A stretch of 64,000 nucleotides of DNA from Lama guanicoe (lineage: Eukaryota), in contig MU054187.1 in NCBI GenBank assembly GCA_013239625.1, forward strand, positions 1,993,757 through 2,057,756, in the 5' to 3' direction. Of the stretch, positions 1-13,260 are shown in pieces. The notes under the pieces are model-generated. The model saw nothing but the letters and a program-made list of their open reading frames with translations, was not told the origin of the DNA and did not search any database. The translations under genes were made by a program, and so were the position numbers. How positions within the stretch are numbered: the stretch's first letter is position 1; the number at the start of each line of letters is the position of its first letter.

Positions 1-659
1 TTCAACAATGAGTCCTCTGATACGCAATATCGTGAAACTGACGGCTTCACACACTGGAAAGGCCCCACACGGGGAGGAAAACGGAGCCGGATGAAGGCTG
101 CGTGGCTTGTCTAAGTCGGTGGTTCTCACCTATGAAGCCCCGACGTGCTGATACAGCACACCCACTGTGCATACACAGCCAAGCAGCATCAAAGAATCTG
201 TTACCAACAGAGGGTCACTGTCTGTGAACGATTTACTTTAAAAAACCGTCGTGGACGGGGTCAAGATCACCCTGCTGGTGCTTGCTTTTCTGTCTGTAGC
301 TGTTGTGCCCCTTCTGGGCGGCACTCAAAGCTGCGATGCTGCAATATCCCCCACGGGTCTTTCTTGCCGTGTGGTGACCATGCACCAGTTAAGGTGACGT
401 GGGCTTCTTAAGGCATGAAGCTGACTGATCCGTCCCAATGTGATACGTTCTTTCAGCTTTCCCATCCCTTCATAAAGCACTGGGCTCAAGAAAGATGCAA
501 AGCGTAATTTATAAAAGCTCATAAATCGTATCAGTAAACCAGACAGCATTCAGTCTGAAAAATTATGTATCAAATCCAGCAGAACAAATTATCCACAAAC
601 TTGAGAATGAGGATTTCTAGGTGGATTTGAAAGACCTCATCAAAAAACACTTTCCTCAA

Positions 660-945
660 CATAGAAAACATACTGTGGTTACCAGCAGGGAAAGGAGAGG
701 GAGGAATAGATTAAGAACTGGGGATTAACAGATACACACCACCATACATAAAATAGGTAAACGACAAGGACCTACTGTAGAGCACAGGGAGCTACAGTCA
801 GCATCTTGTAATGAGCTGTAACGGAAAAGAATCTGAAATATATATATGTACGTGTGGATATGTGTAACTGAACCACTTCGCTGTACACCTGAAACTACCA
901 CTGTGAATCAACTACACTTCAATAAAAAGTAAGAATTAAAAAAAA
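660..945 (+). mobile_element. L1 3'UTR fragment
   Basis: acaaggacctactgtagagcacaggga...aactacacttcaataaaaa; degenerate TSD aaaaa..ctt.cctcaa. Confidence 0.85.
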
Positions 946-1979
946 TGCTTCCCTCAATAGTTTTTCTTTTTAATTGAGTATTCTCTGTTTTGGAAACTGA
1001 AAAAATTTAACTAATTTTAGGTAAGTTACCAAATTGTCTATTTGTCGCTTTTATTTAATAAAGAAGTTAGATACCTAAAAATATCTTAATCCAACTAACC
1101 AAATCTGGATCTGTCTGGAAGTACTTCTGTTAAATTTTTTCTGCCATTTTATTTGAAGCCTTCTGATATCAGAATAAGGTAACTTCTAAAATAACTAATT
1201 TTTAGTAACAATGTTGAAGCTTGAATTTTCCTGAATTACAAAAACAATAGTTCTTTTTGATTTTGAACCAAGACTTAGCATAGGGTCATTTCGGTTTGAA
1301 AAGGAAAACTGTCTCGCTCTGCATTTGAGCAGCTGACCACAGCTTCCTCTCCTTGACGTGTGGCCTCACTGAATCTGCGATGACGCATTCCCTCAACGGG
1401 GACGACTAGCTAATTATAAAAATAAGAAGTGTGAGGACGGCCTCTCGGCCACTTGACTGAACGCAGTTTAAAAGGCATTATTCCAGGGAGAGGAGCTTTT
1501 AATTTGCAGTGCAGAGCGCATCAAATTAACATTTTATATTTAACTGTAGATCTATTGACTTGTAAAGTTACAGGTACATGACATGTAACACGGCTTTCTG
1601 TAAATATGTGATTTTAAATAGTTTTCCTTAGTTGTACCACACTTAAAAAACTCGACAAATTTTTTAAAAAATCTTCAAACTACCCTAGCATTTTTCTTTA
1701 AAATAAAGGCACATTCTGCTGACCTGAATTCTGTAGATTTTTTTCTTTACTTTTCCATTTTAAAGGGGGATTTTCCTTAAAGACAAAAAAAAAAAGGAAA
1801 AGAAAGCCAGTGTTTCTTGTTTCTCCTGAAACAGCTGAACCCTTTAGCCATTTTCCTAAGAAGCCCCTTCAACACAAAACAAAGGAAAACTTTGGACCCA
1901 ACAGATGGCTTTATTTACTGAGGTAAAGTTCACATCTGAAGAGCGTGCCAGGCTCGTAAAACCGCACTGTCCACCCAAG

Positions 1980-2400
1980 ATTGCCAGCCGTGGAGAGCCG
2001 CGGACTCCCGGCCTAAGTGGTCCCCCGGGTGCGGGTCTCCCCGAGGCCCCCGCGCCCGGCCGGGCGGGCATCCTCCCCCGAGAGCCCGCGTGCGGGCCAG
2101 CCTACCTCGCAGAGATCCTTATGTGTCTCCTGCTCGCTTAGCACCTAACGGCTCGGCATTGTGTTTCAAGGAGGGGTGTTTAATTACTTCAGGCCGAGGG
2201 CACCTGGCCACCCAGCTTCCACAGTTCGTGGGGAGAGGCTTTCTAAAGAGCTGACTCCGGCACCGGCACCGCATTCAGGCGACGGAACAAAAGCTTAATT
2301 ATGCACACCTGGTGCTGCCGGTGCTCCAGCTCCAGCAAGTTTTCCGGGATGTCGGCGCCCTGTTCCCCCTGCTCCCTGGGCGCCCCGATTCCACCGTACA
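1980..2400. promoter_or_regulatory. Small CpG-rich element with a minus-strand splice donor (possible ST18 5' exon)
   Basis: CpG cluster; GCGAG|gtaggc donor at 2106/2105; identity inferred from synteny only. Confidence 0.35.
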
Positions 2401-4427
2401 CGTCTCAGAATAACCTTCTCTTGAAAGATCATTCTCCCTTGCCCCGCATCCGTTTCTTTCATTATATGTATTTAATGTATATACAGGGTTTTCATTGTGG
2501 TTAAAAATCCTAGGATCAGCTCTCCATTTCTGAGTTCACCTCAATACGCCCACCACGGATGAAGGAAGCTGAGAGCTGAGCCCGCGAGGTAGGCCCCGCA
2601 CCTGTCCTGCCCATCTCAGCCCTGGGACCCGCGTGTCCAGAAGCTGCGGCCACAGCGCTGGTTGGGGGTAGAGGCTGGATGACCCAGAACGGTCCTGGGG
2701 AGTCAGCTGGTTTGTGCCATCTGTTTGCACATGAGCCTCCCGTGGGCAGTAACAGGATCCTAACTTGAGTCCACACCTACCTAAGTCCTCAGTCAACCCT
2801 CAGCCCCACCTGAGAAGCAGTTGCTGATTTCAACCCCTTTTCATGGTGGATGCGGCCACCAGCCTGGGCCCAGCCTGCGGCCTCTTGCCCGGATGAGAGC
2901 ACAGGCCTGGGAACCCCACCCTGCTCCCGCCCCGCACGCCCCGCCATGCACACCCTATCCCGTGCACACCTGCCCTGCCATGGGACCCCATCCAAGAAGC
3001 ATGCTAGAAAAGTTTTTTGGTTTTATCTCTTTCCCAGTCCCTAACCTGCCACCTACTGCCTCTCGTTTGAATAGTGAAGTTAATGTGAAAAACTGGATTG
3101 CGGTGTAAACAAATTGTGGTTGTGTTTCATCTACCTTTTGTTCTACTCATACTTTTTGGTACAACATTAAAGAAAGTGGACTTCTTTCTATTTGTTCTTT
3201 GTTGTTGTCACTGTTTTGTTTTTTAAAGTCACATTAGACTTGTAACATTCTTACAGGTGAGGACCCCCGCACCTGCCACCCCCACTGCTGAAGGGCACCA
3301 GACAATGGCAGGTCTAGGTCAGGCATATTTATGGAACCCTTGCTCTGATACCATTCTTGGGGAGCTCTTCTGTTACTTTCGGGAACTAGATTTGCTTGGT
3401 TGGAGTCGGAGATGCAACTCCTGCACCAAGGCCACCGCCTTACTGATGCGCTACAGGGGACCGCAGTGTGTTGCTGACTCATACATTTCACATCAGTACA
3501 GGCGGGCCCTAGTTCACAAACACTAGACCTTAATTAAACAGATGGGAAGCTATGAAACTTGGCTAGGTCAGGGAAAGTCATGGAATTGGTATGTAATTCC
3601 TGCCATCCTGCCCTGGACACTCTGGCGGATCCACAACCACTGCAGTCCGGTCCCAGGTCTTTGAGGTGGCTTGAGGGCCTGTCTGTCTGTCTTGCCCCAG
3701 GCCCCTCTGACCACTGCCCTCCTTCCTCCAGCTCTGTCAGGAGCCTCCCCTGTTCCTAGCGCAGGTGAGGCAGCACAGCAGTCACCCCCTCTCTACCTGG
3801 AAGACTCACTCCTGCCTCTGCCCAACCATCACCTGTGCAGAGGCCTCCTCCCTCACTGCGTAGGAAGCACCCTGCATGACTCAGCGTCTTTCTCCACCTG
3901 CAGTCAGACACCTGTGTGGTCACCTGCTGCTTCCTCAGGGCAGTGGACTCTCCAAGAGCATTTGAGTACCTGGAACAATGCTTGGGCGGGATAGACCCTC
4001 GGTACAAGCTGACGGATGGATGGGGGAACCCACATTTCTGACAGCAGGGCAGCCCCAGCGAGTCAGTACCTGCTCGAGGCTATAGGATGAACGAAGGATG
4101 GGGGACGCTGACCTCACCTGTGCATAGAGATCTTCAGATCTAGGGGCCTGTGGTCACGTACATTTGGGAAACACTGGCTTAAGTGAAGTTAAGCAAACAT
4201 AGTTACTGCAGGACTTCTCAGTGCTTTTAACACTCTAACACCGATGACAAGAGGAGAACGGTAGCTGCAGCGAGCTCAGAGCTGGCGAGTCTGTCCGTGA
4301 TAATCATCTGATGCCAATGACCTGACCTGGGAGCTGGTGTGCTTTGCTGCTGCCGCTAGGCTGCCACTGGGCAGGGAAGGCGCCCGACAGACTACATTCT
4401 ACCTGGAGCAGCTCCCTCCTCTCGGCT

Positions 4428-4775
4428 AAGTGGGTAAAGATGTGGTGTGTATATACAATGGAGTATTACTCAGCCATTAAAAAGGAGGGGATTCCACCAT
4501 TTGCAACAACATGGATGGGCCTTGAGGGCATCATGCTGAGATAAGTCAGAGAAAGACAAATGCCTATGCTCTCATTTACAGTAGGAATAAAAAAAAAAAA
4601 CCCTGAATTCATAGATACAGACAACAGACTGGTGGTTGCCAGGGGTGGGGGTTGAGGGTGGGAGAAATGGGTGCAGAGGGTTGGAAGGTAAACTTCAAGG
4701 TATAAGATAAATGAGTCCTGGGATATGATGTAGAGCATGGTGACTATGGTTAGCAATACTTGATTGTATATTTGA
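4428..4775 (+). mobile_element. L1 (L1MA/MB-like) 3' fragment
   Basis: atggagtattactcagccattaaaaagga...gcaacaacatggatgggccttgagg. Confidence 0.85.
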
Positions 4776-5699
4776 CAGACTAGAGCTGGGAAGCTGGCTT
4801 CCCTGATGATGCTGAGAAACTGCTCTGCAGAAGCATGAGTCTCAGCACAATTTGATGTCTTGTCAAAACAAAAAACATTAAACATGTTGGGGATACATTT
4901 CTTCAAAGTTTCAAAAAAAAAAAAAGATCAGCATGAACACGGCAAGTCGGTGTGGCGCCAGCACCTGGGAAGGGGGTCGCCATCGAAGGAGGACCAGCAG
5001 TGACATCCCGGGAAGGGAGGCATTTCATCTTCATGTTTAACATGGACATTCTTACCTCTGGTCAGTGTGCCCTTTTCTTTAATAATCAAAGCAGATGTGC
5101 GAGGTACTTTGGTATAAACCAGAACGGCTTCCCTATACTCCAGATGTGAACATTTCTCTTATCAAGATAAAATTCTGTTTGAAAAAATGAGCAAGTTGGA
5201 CAACAAAGGAAAATCAAATTCGACTGTCAGGGACCCCTTAGGAACCAGGGATGCGATGCTGTCTGGCTGTGGCTGGCTGTCCACTCTGTGAGTCATCTGC
5301 TCCCTGCTGCCCAGATCCAGACACCCCCTGGAGCCCAGGCCAGACGGAGTGCCTGCCTGCGGGTGAGCTGTAAAGACCTGGCCGGCTCCCCCTGGACCAG
5401 GATACCCGCGGAGTCAGGGCGTGACTGAGACTGCAACTCTCCCCCACGTCACCTGACCGTCCATCTCAGCAGGGCAGGGAGGGGCATCGTTTAAATGACA
5501 CATTGCTGCGTCGCCTTGTACTGAGAGTCCACAGTAAAACCTCCAAACAGCCCCTTGTCACAGACCAAATGCGCAAAACCACCTAGGAAAAGGTACAAGG
5601 TGGAGAAACTACGTAAATAAAGGACACAGAAGGTCAGGAAGCAATTCCGAAAGCAAAATAAACATCACCTACCGCCTGCCGACGGGTCAGCAGGTCTCA

Positions 5700-6630
5700 G
5701 GCGGCCCCCGTCCAGTGCGGACCCGCCAGCCCTCACCGCCGGACGGGTCCCCACCTCCACTCTGCCCCAGCTGCCTGCTCAGCCCCCGCCCCACCCTGGC
5801 CTGGCGGAGGCCAGCATCTGTCCGGTGCTGGAGTGGGTCCCAGGGCCTGGCCGGCCGCTGCCCGGGAAGCTCGATCCTGGGAAATGAACGGCCGGACGGC
5901 GCTCAGCACAAGGGGAGCCCTCGGTAAACAGTGTTAAGCCCTCTTGAATGGTCTCTTGGCATCAGGTAAGTAATATGAAAAGAGTATGAGATCCCAATTT
6001 GACTTCTGGGTAAAAATTGGTGGTGGATAGGGGTTTAAAATACATAAAACTGAGCGATTCAAGCCGCTCCCCAGGCGTCACCACGCGCTCCCTGCACACG
6101 AAGGGTGCTGCCTGCAGGAGGTGGGACTGGTCCGCACCCGCGTGCCGGGTCGCTGCTGCAGCCGAGGGCCCGGAGAGCCGCCCGGCGCGCACCGGGGCCC
6201 CGTGAGTATCTGCGAAGTGAGGGTTCTGTTCCATTTTTATTGAAGTACCGTTGGTCTGCAGCGTGTGGATTTCTGTAGGAGGGGGGGTTCGGCTTCTCTG
6301 TTTATTTCCTTGATGGGGGCCCCGGGGATTGAGCCCAGCACCTCGCACGTGGTCAGCACGCGCTCTGCCCCCGAGCTGGCCCGCCCCGCCGGTGGACGTT
6401 CTCTCGGCCACACTACAGCCAAACGCCTAAAACCGCCGCAACGGAGGACTAGCGAGTCTGGCGGCCTGACACCGGCTCCGACCCGGACGGGACCGCCGCG
6501 CGGCCCGGTAAAGCGCCCGCTTCCCTGCGGGTCGGAGCGGAGCACGGAGCAGGCGCCTCGGGGGCTCTTTGCGCGGCTGTTTCCGGGGTGTTTTCAGCGG
6601 CCGGGGTTTCATGTCGAATCCCACGTGGGC
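5700..6630. other. CpG/GC-rich patch that includes GC-converted repeats
   Basis: High CpG density; overlaps a SINE and an L1 tail with many AT->GC changes. Confidence 0.6.
6276..6390 (-). mobile_element. tRNA-derived SINE (Vic-1 type), heavily GC-substituted
   Basis: Aligns without gaps to the other copies across the tRNA-like head. Confidence 0.8.
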
Positions 6631-6999
6631 GTGGCCTTTTTCTTCCCCACTTACAGCAGCATCCCTGAGTTTGCTGTGTTCTCCTCGCTTCACCCGTCAG
6701 GAGACGGAGGCTCAGAGAGACGCAGCCACTTGCCAAACGGTACTTAAACATTGCTTGTAAGTGGACGGACGGCTCCAGCCCAGGTCTGTCCAGCTGGAGC
6801 CGGCCACTGATTCTGGGAAGCTGTCCCCGCAGCCATCTGGCTATGACGGTTTCAAGCGTAACGAGCATGGGGTGGCCATGAGTCCACGCTCCTGTGGATG
6901 AAACGGGGCGCCAGCTGACACGGGTCCTTGTACGGATTCTCCCGCGGGCTGCCCTGCACCCACGCCCTCTTCCTCTCTCTGGGGTTTGTTCTAACCGCT

Positions 7000-7470
7000 C
7001 CCTGTGAAGCCCATGCAGCTCAGAAGCCAAATCAACCCCCGGATCCAGGTGTCACATGCTCAGTCTGCTCTGATCTGGGCAGGTGCGCTCACCCTGCTGG
7101 TGGCAGGTTCGCTCACTCTGCTGGTGGCAGGTTCAGGCCGAGGGTGCCAATGTCGCCAGGGCCGTGGGACCGGAGGAAGTCTTCTGGGAGGATCACGTCC
7201 CTTCTCTCGAAGGCTGAGGATACGGCTGGGGAGAGTGGAGCCTCGGAGAGCCAGGGCGTGCGGTCCTGGAGTCTCAAGGGAAGAGATTCTGGGACAGTGG
7301 AGGAGTTAGGAAGTCCTGTCACCTCGCCAGCGTGTCGAGCAAATGGAGGGTCAGTCCCAGAGCTTCCCCGCTCCCTGGAATTCTCATTTCAAGAGCCAGT
7401 GAAGAACTTCAGTGTTTAAGTCACTTTGAGTTGGGTTCCCAGTCACATCAAGAAAAGGAACCCTAACTAG
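7000..7470 (+). mobile_element. Old MaLR (MLT1-like) LTR remnant
   Basis: 3' end gtttaagtcactttgagttgggtt...aaccctaacta; 5' boundary uncertain. Confidence 0.45.
7078..7134. repeat. 24-bp tandem repeat, about 2.4 copies
   Basis: ggcaggt(g/t)cgctcac(c/t)ctgctggt units. Confidence 0.85.
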
Positions 7471-9129
7471 GCAGGAAGGAGAAGATTAAAATTCCATAAT
7501 CGGACTCTTGCAGTGACTATAACAGAAATTACGATTTGAAGATTACTGGGCTGTCCTGGAAGAGAAACAGGTAAACATAAGGCCCAGCTCCACCTTCAGA
7601 GCATGACATTTCTCTCAGGAACAGAATGTTTTGTTTATAAACAAGTGTGAATCTACTAGGTGAATTTAAAAATTGAAATAGTTGAAACTCTGGCGAAGCA
7701 GGTAGAACCTGAGGCTCAGCCACGTTGTTCTCCGGGAATCTCAGAAGTGGGGGCCCAGCGACCCTGGCATGTCGCCCGTTCCCCTGAACGGCCGGGTGGG
7801 AGCTGTGCTCGGGAGGCCGCTTAGCGCAGTGCGAGCTGTCTTGTCCTGAGCCATCAATGACCACTGACCTCGGACTCTCCTCATCCCAGAGGCGGGGCCA
7901 GCGACCCTGTGCGGTCCTGCTGAGGATTGACTGGGGGGTCAAAGGACAGAACTTCTCTAGAAGTGTCTGTCACTGAAAGGGCCCCCGAAAAGCTCCTCTC
8001 CAGACAAGCCCCTGGTGCCTCGCCCTGAAACAGCAGCCGAGAGTCAGCGCCGCCAGGACCAGCCCGTGACCGTTCCCTCCCCGCCTTCTCACCTGCTGCT
8101 AGCGCAGCTGTGATGCTGAGTCAGCAAAGGCCGGGCCTGGAGGCTTGCACACGGAGCCAGGCGTGGGGCAAGGCCACAGCCCTGGGGGCATCCCCTGCTC
8201 TGGTTCCTCTGCCTGCCCGCCCGCCTGCTAACAGCCCAAGTCACGATGCAGCACGAACAGCAACGGGGGCGCGGAATAAATGGCCCAAACCTGAAGCTTC
8301 TGAGTCTGGAAAACTCCCAGGTAAGTGTCCTGGTTACCACGTGGCACCTGGGCTCTTCACTGTGTGCAGTGCCTCCCTGGCACCGTGAGGCCGGAGCCCC
8401 TGCGACTGTCAGATCCAGGCTCATCACAGGGGGCTGGGGGTGGGGCAGGGGGCTGAGCCCCCGAGGGCACTGGTGCATCCAAGCCCCTCGCCTGGATTCG
8501 GACGTGGGGGTGCAGGGCACATTCCTGTAGTCGGGAACCTGCAGCTAAGCCTCTAAACGGTGAATTCTCTAGTCTGGAATGACCCAGTCTTCCCTGGAAA
8601 GAAGAAAAAAAAATTTGCAGTAGAAAAATGGGGCATCTCCTCCAGAATTCCCCCCACCCTGGACCCCTCAGCACCCAGCCCTGCCCCCCACCATGTCCCA
8701 CTTCCTTGACTCTGTGCCACCCCGTGAGACCTGGTGGGGGTGTGAGGGGACACAGGGCCCCCCTGACCGGCAGGTGCAATTTCCAGGAGGTGGGGCCGCA
8801 CCCTCAGTGCACAGAAGGTGTTACAAGCACATTTCGGAACCCCCATCCCCAAAGCCTCTTTTCTTGGGTGCAGCTGGGACCCCAGACTTCCCAGGGGCTG
8901 TTGTGAAGGGAACCTGACGGCTGCACTTTAATACACGGTCTAACGGCAGGTGTCAGAGCGTCTGTCCTCAAGGGGATTACGGTCACCAGACACACGGTAC
9001 CGGTGGTAATCTGGTGAACACCTGAGGCAGCGAGGAGTGTGCGTGCTGGCGAGGAAAGTAAGAAAACGAGAGGCGAGTGGACGGGGTTTGTCTTGGGCCT
9101 GACAGAGGGAGGACTCCCTCAGGGTGCTG

Positions 9130-9250
9130 CGGTCCGGCAGCACCTGCATTTCCTGGGGACCTGTCAGGAATGCCTCTCCCCAGGCCCCACCCAGACCCAG
9201 AGTCAGAACCCCTGGGCTGGGCCCGGCACCATCTGCTTGGACGAGGGCTC
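9130..9250. mobile_element. MER5A-like hAT fragment
   Basis: cctggggacctgtcaggaatgc..caggccccacccagacccagagtcagaac. Confidence 0.6.
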
Positions 9251-10274
9251 CCAGCCTGAGACGGAGGGCGGGGGGCCGGGGACCCTCAGGACGTCTGACC
9301 CAGGACTCCGGCCACACATGTTGCCTTCAAGGGACAGCAGGTAACGTGTGAAAAGGAAACTGGGTCACAAACAAACCAAACCCATGGCCACCGATGCCAC
9401 GGCCATCCCTGCCACGGCCACCCACCATGTCGGCAGAGCAGGTGTCGGGAAAGAACGAGCCCCTCCCGTCCCATCCAGGGGAAACCCAGCTGCTCCTAAT
9501 AGTTCCTTATTTAAAGCACAGCCATCGAGTGGATCGTGACAGATGCATGAAGACCGCCAGAAGACGGTGTAGTGTTTTACAGTGTTTGTTTGGCTTACTT
9601 TCACCGTTCCATCTGCACCCATTAAATTGAAGATTTGTTCAGATACTGGAAAAGAGTGTTTTCTTTAAAAGTGATACTAAGCCAGCAGGTTTCAAAGCAG
9701 TGATACTTAGTAAACTAGGTGTGCATCCAACATGTTCCATGTACAGAATGTCTCAGGATTAATCAGGAATTGTAGTTGGCAATAAAAAATATGAAAATGA
9801 GGTCACTGAATTGCAGAGGAAAGGTGCGCTAATCACAAGAAGCTTGATTTCAGAAAGCCGCGTGCAGCGTCTGAGCTGTCAGTGAGAACTGAGGCAGCGA
9901 CCTGGCTCACCGGTTCTCGCGCCACGAACGTTCGGGGCCGTGTCAGGCGCTGTGATCGGGGCCGTCGCAGAGAGGGGTGGTGCCCCAGGGCAAGGGCTTT
10001 TTCATTTCAGTGAGCTGGAGGGATCGGGCTGGTTTTCAATGTCTCATGTTATTATTTGTAAGTAAACTCTTTGATAAGATCTGTGGTTCTTCATCTTGTG
10101 ATAATGTTGAAGGCTGTTTCCCTGCTCAAGATACTCAAGAGGTCAGTGCAGCGACACTGCAGTAAATGCAGCCCAAGTACATCTGGCCGTGAAGGGCCCA
10201 CCATCCTGTCTGGGATTTTACTTCACATGTATATTTAGTAAATAGGATTGTGGAGAAGATATTTAGCAGAGTTC

Positions 10275-10370
10275 TTGTTTCTGTTTTGTCTTAGTAGAGG
10301 GGCTGGGGGTTGAACCCAGGACCTCGTACCTGATAAGCAGGTGCTGTACCACTGAGCTGCGCCCTCCCTC
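10275..10370 (-). mobile_element. tRNA-derived SINE (Vic-1 type)
   Basis: gggttgaacccaggacctc...accactgagctg matches the family. Confidence 0.8.
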
Positions 10371-11849
10371 CTGACCAATTGAGCTTAAAAGTGTCTTGTG
10401 TCTGCAATTTTGTAACCACAATTATGTTGTCTTCCGCTAAACTCTTTCATTGCTTTGAGAGTAGACAAACTAGATGTTGTCCCATAAATAATGTCTTTTT
10501 AAATCATAAACTTTATTGCTTGTGTATTAAAATTCTATAATTTGACACAAATTATTTTTTAAAAGCTTTTGCTTTCTGCTGCCTGTCAGCGAGGAAGCGT
10601 GCAGTGTACACTTTTGACCAAGTGAAGATCAGCAGTCACCATGTACTTCTTTTTAAAAACCAGGGATTTAACATTGTTCTATAGCTGTTAAAAATACCTT
10701 TTCAAGCAATTTCATAAATATCTGGAGGACACCTAAAAACTGCTCACATATTCATCTAGGCATCTGAGTCATTCTGTGATTAGAATTATGTTTGTTTCCC
10801 AGCTAACTGGCATGGTGTTAAGTAGGTAATAACCAGAAACTGAGTCTAGGTTTTTTGATTACCAATATTTTTTATGCACTTTGTAAGTTCTTTCAATTTA
10901 TTCCACAAAGACAGAAAGAAGTGTTTCTGCACCACTGGCAAAAGATACGGGCTGCTATGGTTTATTGATTTCTTGCCATTACTTTGCCTCATGTCTTTCT
11001 CTGCAAATGCAGTGAATAATTCTGGGAAAGTCCACCAGGAGGAGTTCTTGCTACAAGCAGAAAATAAAAGCTCTTGCTGGTTGCTGATTTGAGACCTCTG
11101 GTATTTGCCTTACATTTTTCTATTTCAATTGGCAAACACAACACACTCCATAGGCAGCTGGTGCAAATACGAAAACATTCAAAAGAAGAATTTATTAAAT
11201 CACAGAAGCAAGGATGGTGACCTAGCGTAATTTTTATAAAACTTGTATTACTAGCCAAAATGTATGTACATCTGCAGGCGATTACTCCGGACGAATAGCT
11301 TCAAAAGATGATACTTTTAACAGGAGAATATAAAGCTGAGGTGTTTTTTAAAGCTTCAGTTAAGTATTTCTATTTCAGAAACACTCCACTTCTATTTGCT
11401 GGCTGTTCTTAAACTGCAGTGATCAAACGCACACCTGTCCGCGCGCCTGCAGGCGTCCGGGGCTCAGCTGCGCCTCCGGGGTCATTTCCACTCCCGTGAC
11501 CTTGACGCTCCGTGTCCTGACTGGGCTGAGCCTCTCCATCTCTTGCGTGAGGATTGTTTTTACCATGAATTTTAACTTGACATTTATCAGGAAAGATGAA
11601 ACATACACAAGCAAGCGCTCCCATGCAGCGTTTTAGCAGAGTATGTCTGTGGAAGGTTTGTTTTGAACCACTGCGTGTGCGCGCGCGTGTGCGCTGTAAC
11701 GCGTCCCTGTGTGTCTGTCGGGACTGCCGTGCTGGCCCGCTGGTACCGGGGGGAGTTAGTCTGTATCATTTCTTTTTCTCTCCATGAGGGCCAGCTACAG
11801 GCTCGGCCTCCCCAGGAGGAAAGGCTGCCCTTGGTCGGGTGTGGAAGGA

Positions 11850-13260
11850 CGGACGGAAGCCCGGGCCAGGCCCGCGGAGCGGCCGCGCAGCTGCGCGGGT
11901 AACCGCTCCTGGCGCGCCCGACGCCCAGGTCCTGCGAAGGAGCCAGGCCCCCGAGAGCGAGGAGCAGATGGAACAGGCAGTCGTAGGACATTATCGGCAT
12001 TTCTGAAAATGACTCTACGGAGCCAAGTGGCCTGTGAGTGGCGGGCGGGGGTAGGCTGAGGAGACCACAGCTCCTGACTTCCCGATCGTTCAGCAGGTGG
12101 CAAACGCGACCAAATGAGGCTGGAATCAGAACCGCGCGCCTAGGAGGAGCAGATGCTCGGTCCCGCCCGGGGCTCGGCGCGTCCTGGCTGCGCCTCCACG
12201 CACACCCGCTCGCTCTCCACCCGGATCCTGGGCCAAAGGCTGCCGCGGATCCCGCCCAGCCAAAGGCAGGACGACCCAGGACGCGCGAGACGCTGTTCAG
12301 GCCGCACCGACACCCTCATCGCCCGCAGGAGGGAAGCCGAACCCCGGGCCAGCCCCTGCAGCCTCTCCCGGCCTGCCCAAGCGAGGCCCAAGGGCCACAC
12401 TCCCGGAGCCAGCGTCCTCCCCTCGTCCCCCTGCAGCCTCGCCCTGCGCCTACCCGCCCCGCGGCCCGGTCCTCCCAGGGCCTCTGAGCCCCACGCCTGG
12501 GGAAGCTCCCCGGCCCCTCGCTCCCCCAGAGGACTCTCTCCTGCGCCCCAGCTGCACCTGGTGGTTTCTTCACAACGTCACTTAGGTCTGGGTGTGTGTC
12601 CTCCCCGCCCGGCTGCTGGACCTTTGGGCCCTCAGCCCGCTCACAGGGCGGCCCCTGCCCCAAGTCACCGTCCCCGCGCGCCCGGGACGGCCAGGGCACT
12701 GGCCCCAGGTGACTCTGCTGTCTGAGAGGCAGGGCTTGGGTTTGAACTGGCGTCCAGCTCCAAGGCCGGCACACGTCGTCCCAGGGCAGAGGGCCTGGCA
12801 GTGTGGTCCCCGGACCAGCCGGGTCGTAGTCCCGGGAGCGTGCTGGGCCTGTGGATCGGAGCTCCGCGGAGCCCCCATCCGTGCTTTGCCAAGCCCTCCA
12901 GGTGATTCCGACGCACGCTCAAGTCCGAGAGGCAGGACCGCAGGGCACACTCAGACCTCCGTCCGGAGACCCACCTCCGTGTCACAGGCACCTGTGGCAT
13001 CAGTCTGCCACGACCACCCCTGGCGTTGGAGCCGTGACCCGGGGACACTCAAAGAAATTCCACTCATTCGTCATTGGAATTGTGCTTTGCTTGCTGAGAA
13101 TAAGCGTCACACCCAGGAGGGATCTATGGGCGGGTGCGGTTGCGGCCTGACTTCTGCTCTAACCCTTGAACCGGAACAGTCGGGGTGAGGCCAGGTGCGG
13201 CAGCCCCCCGCCCCCGCCCCGCCTCGACGAGCAACTCTGGCTCTACGGCGACATCTTGTG
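11850..13260. promoter_or_regulatory. Orphan CpG-island-like region
   Basis: Dense CpG and GC over about 1.4 kb; GC boxes at 13204-13223. Confidence 0.6.

Noticed and set aside
7078..9425. Short direct repeats (24-bp at 7078, 15-bp at about 9385) as a CRISPR-like array
   Set aside because: Eukaryotic tandem duplications with no spacers and no cas genes
11784..13188. Many 100-200 aa ORFs in all frames
   Set aside because: GC-content artefact with no recognisable domain or consistent exon structure
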